In this document: positions 16,725-23,568 of the stretch, in pieces | Position numbering within the stretch: the first letter of the stretch is position 1 | How the letters are laid out: each line of letters begins with the position of its first letter | DNA from: a virus | Lineage: Duplodnaviria; Caudoviricetes | DNA length: 25,365 nucleotides | Reading direction: 5' to 3' (one strand) | IMG/VR virus record: IMGVR_UViG_3300035042_000015 | Span: 1-25,365 of that record | Notes under the pieces: model-generated | What the model saw: the letters and a program-made list of their open reading frames with translations, nothing else | Told to the model about the DNA's origin: nothing | Database searches by the model: none | Position numbers and translations under genes: made by a program

Positions 16725-17201
16725 GGCGTCGTCCTCCATGGTTTCCACCTGCCGGTTAAGCGCGGTCAGGTGCAGATTGGGTTTATTGGTCAGCCCTGCG
16801 GAATCCAGAGCGACAATGCGTAGGTCGTCGGTGAAGTAAAAGACGGGCGACAGGTAGCGGTACTCGCGGGCCTCGACCTGGGCGCGTCCGCGCTCGGTCC
16901 AATCCACACGGCCCCACACGCCGCCGTCGCCGTTGCGGTCAGCCACCTCTACAATCCAGGCTGCGGCCGGAGCCTCCTCGCCGTTAGCTCCTTTCTTGTC
17001 GGTGGAATGTTCCCGGTCGATGGGCAGGTCGATGCGGCCGCCTTCAAAGTTGTTCAGGACGGCCTGGAGCTCGGCGGGGCCGAAGTACCAGTAGCGGCCG
17101 TCACGGCCTCGGACTTTGGGGCCGGGCGGCAGGAGCTGCACCCATTCGGGAGCGGCCCCGTTGACCAGCTGCACGTTCATGGCGATAAAGATGTCTTTCA
17201 T
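16125..17201 (-). CDS. Mu-like prohead protease I (gp32) with C-terminal scaffold
   Basis: WVQLLP.G...GRDGR, PID.EH, APAA.WI, V.WT.RG......EYRYLSPVF and GLTN.PNL motifs; start placed at MKDIF (17201). Confidence 0.93.
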   Translation of the reverse strand: MKDIFIAMNVQLVNGAAPEWVQLLPPGPKVRGRDGRYWYFGPAELQAVLNNFEGGRIDLPIDREHSTDKKGANGEEAPAAAWIVEVADRNGDGGVWGRVDWTERGRAQVEAREYRYLSPVFYFTDDLRIVALDSAGLTNKPNLHLTALNRQVETMEDDAMKKALCRKLGLPETATEQEIQAAVAKIMGDLDTANNRAMSKDMLSALGLAEDAGADAAVAKINELASAQNHAQGAGAIDITKLVPRADLEMALNRAETAEKALKDREATELEGKIEVAVNRAIQDGKIAPASKDFYVASCRKEGGLKEFEDFAKAAPQVIEDPQMPDKPEGEGKAMNQQQAHIAEQFGNTAEDLAKYAK

Positions 17202-17256
17202 GCGCCCGACATTTGCACGGATCACCGGGCGCGGCTTGTAACGGGTGTTACAAAAA
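17201..17256 (-). promoter_or_regulatory. Late promoter (Mu PI-like): dyad TTGTAAC-N4-GTTACAA, candidate Mor/C-family activator site
   Basis: 21-bp ttgtaacgggtgttacaaaaa (17236-17256) is identical to 24649-24669; dyad centre lies 43.5 bp upstream of the protease ATG. Confidence 0.75.
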
Positions 17257-17332
17257 CAGCGCCGTCCCCCTGGGGGCTGGCTTCCTCCGGTCGGCTTGTT
17301 GGCCGCGTCGTCCCTTTCGGCTGGTGTTCACA

Positions 17333-17348
17333 GGCGTTCATGAACGCC
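17333..17348. repeat. Perfect 16-bp palindrome GGCGTTCATGAACGCC
   Basis: Directly visible in the intergenic region upstream of the protease promoter. Confidence 0.8.
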
Positions 17349-17434
17349 CTGTAAGGCTTTTTTGAAGAAAAACCGGGCAACGGGGCGCGAGAGGCGGGCG
17401 CGGCGCGCCTGCGCGGAAATTCGCGCCCAGGGGG

Positions 17435-17463
17435 TTTACTCGGCGGTGTGGAGGATGTATTTA
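17435..17463 (+). promoter_or_regulatory. Putative sigma70 promoter TTTACT-N17-TATTTA for a plus-strand small RNA
   Basis: Canonical 17-bp spacing; predicted start at ~17470-17471 coincides with the first base of the RNA closing stem; both hexamers are imperfect. Confidence 0.5.
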
Positions 17464-17469
17464 GTAAGT

Positions 17470-17610
17470 AGCTGGCCGCGACACGGTGATGATTCTCCCG
17501 GCCGTAACCCGACGCTCGCGTCGGAGTACCATGCGGGGTTTCCGGTTTTACCGGGTGGGAGGCCCCGCCGGTCAGCGCAAGCCCTCGGCCATGCCGGGGG
17601 CTTTACTTTT
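17470..17610 (+). ncRNA. Putative structured small RNA (multi-stem junction plus possible pseudoknot), convergent with the MuF-PBECR gene
   Basis: P1 17471-78/17569-76; P2 17483-87/17501-05; P3 17509-14/17519-24; P4 17533-38/17563-68 with inner hairpin 17542-45/17551-54; loop UCUCCC 17494-99 complementary to GGGAGG 17557-62; non-canonical pairs in these stems are G-U on the + strand. Confidence 0.65.
17579..17610 (+). terminator. Intrinsic terminator (plus strand) overlapping the MuF stop codon
   Basis: 11-bp stem aagccctcggc/gccgggggctt (one U-G pair on +), 3-nt loop, followed by tactttt. Confidence 0.65.
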
Positions 17611-18865
17611 GGCGGCCTCTCAAGCGCACAATCTCTCGGTCGCGCTTACCCTGCTCCGAGGACAGCCGCCGGAAGCTCGTCAGGAAAGTTGCCTTGCCCG
17701 TTCGGGTGGCTTTGACCACCGCCACGTACCCGTCCTCCTCCAGCAAATAGACCAGGCTGCGCGCGCCGTCCTGGATAGGCTCGCCGCGATCCAGGGCATC
17801 CTGGACCGAGCCGTATTCCTCGAAAGCCACTTCCGGGTGGTTAGCGAGCTGCTTGCCCATGGTCTCGGGCGACAGGTTGACCAGGGTGGTCCTGCCGCCG
17901 ATCCGGGCCGCGTCCGCCTCGGCCATGATCCCTATGGGGAAATTGGTCTTGGGCGACTTGGCCCAGGCCTCCAGCGTCCCGGCCGCCAGCTCGCGTACGA
18001 TCTCTCCGCCCTCGGCCCCGGCCGTGGCCAGTTTCTCGCCGACCAGCTCCACGGCCTTGTTCAGCCGCCCCACCGCGCCAGGGTTGTAGTCCCAGCCGGG
18101 GTCGATGCCGACCGGCACCTGGTGGACCTCGCCGGTGCGCTTGTTGATCCACTGGCGGGTGCCCAGGTCCGGGGCCTTGGTGCGCACCGGCACGTTGGAC
18201 GGCATACGGTGTCCTGTGGGCAGCCCGGTATCCGGGTTGATCTCCTGCTCTGGGTCAGGCGCGCGGACGCCGGTCTTGGTCAACCGGGCATGCTCACCTT
18301 TGGAAACTTGGCGCACCCAACACTTGCAGCCCCAGCCGTTGGGCGGCATGTGCGCGGACCAGAACTCGTCGTCCACCGGCAACAGCAGGCCGTGAAAGGC
18401 CACATGCTCGGGCCGGTGCCTGCGCGACGGGCCGAGCTGGTAGAGCAGATACGGCAGCCCGGCCTTGGTGCGCTGAATACGCTCCCATTGCCCGGCGCTG
18501 CGGGCTGTGCGCATGTTGGTATCAAATATCACCTTCAGGCGGCGCGGCGAGCCCAGCTGAACCATCTTTGTTTCGCCGGTCAGCGGGTCGTCCATCTCCT
18601 TGACGCCCCACCAGCCTTTTTTCTGGAGGGTCGGGGTCAGGTCCTTGGCGAAGTCGCGGAAGGTGCGCCCCTCGGCCAGGGCGCGGCGTACCTCGCTGCG
18701 GATGTCGGTCAGAATATCAGCCTGGAGCCCCTTGGCCACGGTGAAGGCCGAGGCATGCTCCTCGCGCCAGACGTCGGTGTGGTCGAAACTCGGCTTGATC
18801 CCCTTGGCATCGAACCAGGCCAGGGCCTCCTTGGGCGGCCGGATGAGATGGGCGGGCTTGACCAC
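17603..18865 (-). CDS. MuF (Mu gp30) head morphogenesis protein with C-terminal PBECR2-like nuclease-fold domain
   Basis: MuF motifs AFTVAK, L.P.LQ.KGWWG, GSPRRL..IF.TN.R, H...HG..LP.DD.FW..H.PPNGWGCKC, GIDPGW.YNPG; C-terminal LS.ET..KQ...HPE...EY...YVAVVK.T..G...FL.SFRR resembles the PBECR2 family. Confidence 0.88.
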   Translation of the reverse strand: MVKPAHLIRPPKEALAWFDAKGIKPSFDHTDVWREEHASAFTVAKGLQADILTDIRSEVRRALAEGRTFRDFAKDLTPTLQKKGWWGVKEMDDPLTGETKMVQLGSPRRLKVIFDTNMRTARSAGQWERIQRTKAGLPYLLYQLGPSRRHRPEHVAFHGLLLPVDDEFWSAHMPPNGWGCKCWVRQVSKGEHARLTKTGVRAPDPEQEINPDTGLPTGHRMPSNVPVRTKAPDLGTRQWINKRTGEVHQVPVGIDPGWDYNPGAVGRLNKAVELVGEKLATAGAEGGEIVRELAAGTLEAWAKSPKTNFPIGIMAEADAARIGGRTTLVNLSPETMGKQLANHPEVAFEEYGSVQDALDRGEPIQDGARSLVYLLEEDGYVAVVKATRTGKATFLTSFRRLSSEQGKRDREIVRLRGRQK

Positions 18866-18867
18866 GA

Positions 18868-20406
18868 CTACTCCGCGTCACCCAGGCCGCGCGCCTTGAA
18901 GGTCGCCTCGGCCATGGACCGGACAAGCGTCTCGGCGTCCATGTCGCGCGCGATCTCGCCCAGCCCCTCCAGGAACTCGTCATAGTTCGAGCAACGCTCG
19001 GCCAGCTCCAGGACGGGGTTGATCAGCGGGGCCAGGGCGGGTGCCCAATCGGCCAAGGCCTCGTCGGCCAACAGGTCCAACTCGTCGGCATCGGCCACGC
19101 CGGATCGGTTCCGGGCACGGTTGAGCGCCGGGGGCTCCTCGACGGGCGCAGGGGCTTGGCCAAGCAGCTCCGTATCGCCTTCGGGTTCGGGGAAGCCCAT
19201 GCGCTCGCGAACTTCGCGGGCGGAAATACCGGCGTTGCCCAAGGGCACGATTTTGCTCAGGGCGTCTGCCAGGGCCGTGATGTCCTCGGGTTCCTCCTCG
19301 TGGATGCGGATGCGCGGGTAACGCTCCTGGACCCCGTAATTGAGGTCCACGAACGCCTTGACCAGGTCGCGATTGAGGGAGGCCGCGAGCTGCTTTCCGT
19401 CGTCGTTTTTGATGTCTAGCCGGACGTCGTTATGGACCTGGGCCTGGGCGTTGGACGAGCCGTCGTCCGATGTCATGGTCTGGCCCAGAACGCCCTTGGA
19501 AAGTTGGCGGTCCAGCCATTCGGCCAGCCGCCAGAACAGGTCCTGGCCGCCCGCCGACTTGGCCGCCTCGATGAACTCGATGCGCATGGTGTCGGGCACG
19601 ATGGCGGCCGCGTCCATGCCGAGGTTGGCCACGGCGCGGGCCAGGATTTCCTTGTCCCGGTCCGTGGCGTTCTCGCCGTATCGTCCGAGGCGCAGCGGCA
19701 TGCCGAAGACCTCGGCAAAGGCCATCCAGTCGGCCAGGGTGAAGGCCTTGCACATCCAACTCACGGCCGCCAGGCGGGCCAGGCCGGAGCGGATGGGGAT
19801 GCCGCTTTTCAGGTGCGGCATGTGGGTGATGAACTTGAACGGCGGCAGCGGGCGGCCATCAAAGGAGTCGCCCTCATCCAGGAGGCGCAGTTTCTGGCCC
19901 GACTCGCGGTCAAAGACGAAAAAGCGGGGATCTCGCCACAGGTACTCCCTAGGCGTCCATTGCGCGCCGCTCTGGTCCCACATGATCTCACACACGGAGT
20001 AGCCTTTGCCCAGGCCGTCCAGGAGGTCGGTCACCAGCACGGAAAACTCGGGCTTATCCACCAGGGCCTGGACCGCGTCCGCGATCTCGATGTCCTTGGG
20101 ATCGTCCGAGGCGGGGATCACGTTGGGCTCGATACCGGCCACGGCCCGCTTGCGGGTGGACAGGACCGAGGCGTAATGCGGGTCGCGTTCCTCCATCTCC
20201 TCGGCAAGGATCAGGTACTCGCGGGCGTCGCCGTCGGCCGCGTCGCGCATGACCTGGGCCAGCTTGGCCGGGGTCAGCCCCAGGGCCACGGACTCGTTGT
20301 CCCATATGGTCCTGACGCCCGTCAGGGTCGGGGCCGCGATTTCCTGTTTCAGTTCGGTGCGTTTGATGGGGTTGCCCCGGTAGTCCAAAATTACAGGCGT
20401 CTTCAT
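18868..20406 (-). CDS. Portal protein, Mu gp29 (DUF935)
   Basis: LAEEMEERD.HY, DG.GKGYSV.EI.W, W..FAEVFGMPLR.G.Y, SK.VLGQTMT..DGSS.AQA.VH..VR motifs. Confidence 0.95.
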   Translation of the reverse strand: MKTPVILDYRGNPIKRTELKQEIAAPTLTGVRTIWDNESVALGLTPAKLAQVMRDAADGDAREYLILAEEMEERDPHYASVLSTRKRAVAGIEPNVIPASDDPKDIEIADAVQALVDKPEFSVLVTDLLDGLGKGYSVCEIMWDQSGAQWTPREYLWRDPRFFVFDRESGQKLRLLDEGDSFDGRPLPPFKFITHMPHLKSGIPIRSGLARLAAVSWMCKAFTLADWMAFAEVFGMPLRLGRYGENATDRDKEILARAVANLGMDAAAIVPDTMRIEFIEAAKSAGGQDLFWRLAEWLDRQLSKGVLGQTMTSDDGSSNAQAQVHNDVRLDIKNDDGKQLAASLNRDLVKAFVDLNYGVQERYPRIRIHEEEPEDITALADALSKIVPLGNAGISAREVRERMGFPEPEGDTELLGQAPAPVEEPPALNRARNRSGVADADELDLLADEALADWAPALAPLINPVLELAERCSNYDEFLEGLGEIARDMDAETLVRSMAEATFKARGLGDAE

Positions 20407-21761
20407 ATCATGCCTCTCCCGAATCCGGCGGTGCAGCGCACCACCCGGTTGTCTTTGTCGTCGTCAAGTTTGGGTTTGGGGACGGCCTGGTAGCCGAACG
20501 CCTCGTGGCCGCCATCGGCCGCCGCCTGGGCAAGGAAACAGGCCCACGCCCGGTCGGCATGACCGGAGGAGTCAGACTCGGCTACAAAGCGGGGCGCGCC
20601 CGTGGGGGTAGACTCGCGCCGGAGCTTGTGCAGGTCGGCGCGGAGAGCCGGATCGCCGAGGGGGATGCGGACGGTGCGGTCGTCAAATCCTTCCTTGCCG
20701 ACGGTGGCGAGGTAGAGCTTGGTTGCCGGGTTAAAAATCACGCCCTGGACGCGCAGCTCGCCATGGCGGCGCTTGGCGTCTTCCACCGGCTTCTCACCCA
20801 TGCCGGTCTGGTCCATGCGGCAGGCGACCACGTTATAGCGGGCGAACACCTCGTCCAGGAGGGCGTCCTGTTCGGCAAAGGATATGCGCTTGCGGACGAT
20901 CACGTCGCGGGTCCACAGCACGTCGCCCACCTTCTCGAAAACCCAAATGACGAACAGGTCACCACGGATGCCGATATCCACGCCCACGAAGCAGGGACCG
21001 CCGGTGTAGTTCTCGGGAATACCGGCACGCTCATGCTCGGCCGCGCCGATGAGGTCGTAAGAAAGCCAGGCCGACGCCTCGTCCAGCCATTTCAGCTCGT
21101 ATTCCTGGGCCCAGGCGTCGTCGTCACCTACGCCGTCGCGCAGCTCCTGGATATTGCGGTCCAGGCCGAGGTCAACGGCCTTGTAGATGTCCACGACATG
21201 ACGGCTCCAGACCTTGCCGAGCTTGGCGTCGGTCATCAACTCATAGAACTTGTTTCCTTTGCCGTTGGGGGTGGAAACCACGCGCAGCTTGAGGCCCGGC
21301 TTGGAGATGACCGGAAACAGCGCGGACCAGATTTTGCGCGAGTCCGCGTGAAAGGCGAACTCGTCTAGAAACACATTTGCCGAAAACCCGCGCGCCGTGT
21401 CGGGGTTGGCGGGCAGCGCCGTTACCCGGCTGCCGTTCTTGAGGACGACCTCCTGGGCCTTGATGCTGGAGCCGTCCTCGTAGCGATAGCCGGAGTCTTC
21501 TTCGAAATGCTCAAAGGCCGTGCCCATAGCCCGCAGGTGGAGCTTGAGTCCCTCGTCCATGGCCTCTTTGGCCTGGCGCTCGCCTCGGGAAAGAATGACC
21601 CACCGTGACCGCTCGCCACGGACGTCATGCCCCAGGATGTCCTCGGCAATCTCCAAGGTGGTGGAAAAGGTCTTGCCCGTCTGGCGGGCGAACATCCCGA
21701 CCTTGAACCGGGAAATATCGTCCACCCACTGGCGCTGATAAGGATGGAGAACGCCGCTCAT
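20403..21761 (-). CDS. terL: Terminase large subunit (Mu gp28-like)
   Basis: PYQ..W, Walker A ARQTGKT, Walker B VFLDE, STPNG, GVDIG and GHADRAWA motifs; start placed at MSGVL (21761), ATGA overlap. Confidence 0.95.
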   Translation of the reverse strand: MSGVLHPYQRQWVDDISRFKVGMFARQTGKTFSTTLEIAEDILGHDVRGERSRWVILSRGERQAKEAMDEGLKLHLRAMGTAFEHFEEDSGYRYEDGSSIKAQEVVLKNGSRVTALPANPDTARGFSANVFLDEFAFHADSRKIWSALFPVISKPGLKLRVVSTPNGKGNKFYELMTDAKLGKVWSRHVVDIYKAVDLGLDRNIQELRDGVGDDDAWAQEYELKWLDEASAWLSYDLIGAAEHERAGIPENYTGGPCFVGVDIGIRGDLFVIWVFEKVGDVLWTRDVIVRKRISFAEQDALLDEVFARYNVVACRMDQTGMGEKPVEDAKRRHGELRVQGVIFNPATKLYLATVGKEGFDDRTVRIPLGDPALRADLHKLRRESTPTGAPRFVAESDSSGHADRAWACFLAQAAADGGHEAFGYQAVPKPKLDDDKDNRVVRCTAGFGRGMI

Positions 21762-22300
21762 GCCTCGCCCCGGTAGATAGCTTTGATCCGCTGTAGGACG
21801 TCTTCCGCAGAGGCCTTGCCGCCATCCTCCTTGGCCGCATCTTCGACGGCCTGGACCAGCTGCTCCTCGGCTTCCTTGCGTGCCTGCTCGCGGGCCTCCG
21901 CCATCCACTTCTTTTGCGTGACCGACGCACGGCCCAACTCGGCAATAGAGCGGGTCAGCCCGGCCAGGTTAATCTTGGACGGGTCAACTTCCATCTCCAT
22001 GAGGATGCCGAACAGCTTCTCCTGGGTCAGGCGCATGAGGGCATCGTTGATGGCGTTGTCGTCATCCGGGTTGGCCTCCACGATGGCGCGGGACTGTTCG
22101 GTGACCAGGCGCAGCGAGGCCAGGCGCTCCTCGAATTGCTGGCCGTACCGATGGACGGCGGACTTGGAAATATCGAATCCCTTGGCCTTGAGTTCCTCGG
22201 CCAGGAGCTGATAGTCGGCGAACCCGTTCTCGGCCAAGGCGCGGTCGAGCCACGCCTTGACCTCCGTGGGCAGTTGGTTGACTGCTGAGCGTCGCGGCAT
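21758..22300 (-). CDS. Terminase small subunit, Mu gp27-like (DUF3486)
   Basis: MPRRS.V..LP.EVK.WL...L....F..Y..L...L...G..IS.SAVHRYG HTH motif directly before TerL. Confidence 0.9.
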   Translation of the reverse strand: MPRRSAVNQLPTEVKAWLDRALAENGFADYQLLAEELKAKGFDISKSAVHRYGQQFEERLASLRLVTEQSRAIVEANPDDDNAINDALMRLTQEKLFGILMEMEVDPSKINLAGLTRSIAELGRASVTQKKWMAEAREQARKEAEEQLVQAVEDAAKEDGGKASAEDVLQRIKAIYRGEA

Positions 22301-22302
22301 GG

Positions 22303-22614
22303 CTACCAGTATTTCTCGGGCCGGGCGATGCCGGGTTGGCAGTCAACGGTGTACTCGGCCAGGTCCACGCCATGGCGGCCGAGCTTGGCCACCCACCGGC
22401 CATCGGGCTTCTTGTCCAAGCTGATCAGTTCCCGCTCGGCCAAGTAGTCCAGCTCCTGACGGATTTCCAACTCGGTGGCGTCGGGGTAGACGCCCTGGGC
22501 GGTCGCCAGGACGATAGAGTCGTGACACCCCACGGGGCGGGCATTGTACAAGGTGAGAATCAGTACCCAGCGTAGGTGTTCCCGCCGGACACGGCTATGA
22601 TCAATTTGAACCAC
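22303..22614 (-). CDS. Mu gp26-like winged-helix protein
   Basis: RRE..RW..L..L..ARP, EL.YL..R.L, L.R.GVD..EYT..C.PGIARP.KYW motifs; GTG start at 22614 with GGAGG RBS. Confidence 0.82.
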   Translation of the reverse strand: MVQIDHSRVRREHLRWVLILTLYNARPVGCHDSIVLATAQGVYPDATELEIRQELDYLAERELISLDKKPDGRWVAKLGRHGVDLAEYTVDCQPGIARPEKYW

Positions 22615-22921
22615 GATTGCCTCCCTGGTCCAGTTTCGCGGCCACGGCATCCAACTTGGCCTCGATAACTGTTTGATTGCGAATCCAGTCCTCGCGCCGG
22701 ACGTATTCCAGAGGGAGTTCCGCCCGGAGCAAGAGGATGCTCTTCTCGTTGTCATCAGCCTTTATCGCCGCTTCTTTTGCGCACTTCACCGCACGTTCGT
22801 GCGCCCGATCTTTCGCGGCGGTAACCAGTTTCCAAGCGGCGATAAGAAACCCAAAGAAAGCCAAGAGCAAGGTGGTCCCCAGCGCCAGGAGCTGCCACAG
22901 GGGGATGGTCACTTCGGTCAC
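22601..22921 (-). CDS. Mu gp25-like single-TM coiled-coil protein
   Basis: N-terminal hydrophobic helix; L.AELP..YVRRED.IR....IEAKLD motif; GTG start overlapping the Rz stop (GTGA). Confidence 0.75.
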   Translation of the reverse strand: MTEVTIPLWQLLALGTTLLLAFFGFLIAAWKLVTAAKDRAHERAVKCAKEAAIKADDNEKSILLLRAELPLEYVRREDWIRNQTVIEAKLDAVAAKLDQGGNRGSN

Positions 22922-23568
22922 GGTTCCACCCCTCGCATGGCCTTTGCCCAATCAATCAGCGCGTTGAGCTGGGCCTCCATGGCCCGGTTGCGCTGGCCGT
23001 AGTCGCGGGCGTGGGCGAGGATGTCGGCCGGGGTCACGGTGCCGCCTCCTCGAAGTATCCCGGCGTCAGCGGCCTGGGCGGTTCCGGCCGCTCCAGCAGG
23101 GCCGGGGGCGGTTCCGGGCAGGGCGTGACCACCGTCACCGGGACCGGCTCCGATGGCCTCGTTATATGCGCGCACCCACTCGGGGCCCACGCGCAGAGCG
23201 CCGTCAGCAGCAACAACAGGGCGACTCGCATTGGCTATCCTCTCTCTGGTCAGCTCGCGGGACTGACGGTTGATGGTTTTTCGGGCGGCCAGGTACTCGG
23301 CCTCCAGGGCGTTGCCTCGGGCCGTGGCGGCGGCCAAGGCGCGGTGGGCCTCAGACTCGGCGGCGGCCAAGGCTCGTGAATGGGCCCCTTGCAGCTCGGC
23401 CACTTCGGCTCGGCGCTTGAGGTCGGCGGCGTTGTAACCGGCATGCCAGCACTTCCAGGCCAGGACGGCCACGGCCAAGGCGAGCAGCAGCCCGCAGGCC
23501 AGGCCGACGATCACCTTTTTGACCGTGCCGCCGGTGAGCAGCGATACAGCGGTGGACAGGTCGATCAT
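22918..23568 (-). CDS. Inner-membrane spanin (Rz-like i-spanin)
   Basis: N-terminal TM helix, long Ala-rich coiled coil, C-terminal ...QLNALIDW; follows the endolysin (ATGA overlap at 23565-23568). Confidence 0.8.
   Translation of the reverse strand: MIDLSTAVSLLTGGTVKKVIVGLACGLLLALAVAVLAWKCWHAGYNAADLKRRAEVAELQGAHSRALAAAESEAHRALAAATARGNALEAEYLAARKTINRQSRELTRERIANASRPVVAADGALRVGPEWVRAYNEAIGAGPGDGGHALPGTAPGPAGAAGTAQAADAGILRGGGTVTPADILAHARDYGQRNRAMEAQLNALIDWAKAMRGVEP
23034..23231 (-). CDS. Outer-membrane spanin lipoprotein (Rz1-like), embedded out of frame in Rz
   Basis: MRVALLLLLTALCAWAPSGC lipoprotein-type signal, Pro-rich mature part with a second Cys (CPEPPPALL); GAGG RBS upstream. Confidence 0.82.
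   Translation of the reverse strand: MRVALLLLLTALCAWAPSGCAHITRPSEPVPVTVVTPCPEPPPALLERPEPPRPLTPGYFEEAAP

Noticed and set aside
17470-17578. tRNA, tmRNA or HDV-like ribozyme
   Set aside because: No TTCRA T-loop, no canonical anticodon arm or CCA end; could not map the HDV nested double-pseudoknot elements by eye
17362-17715. 117-aa plus-strand ORF as a MuF immunity protein
   Set aside because: TTG start without clear RBS, Arg/Pro/Gly-rich junk-like composition, runs through a terminator-like hairpin and into MuF antisense; a non-coding RNA explains the region better, though a peptide cannot be fully excluded
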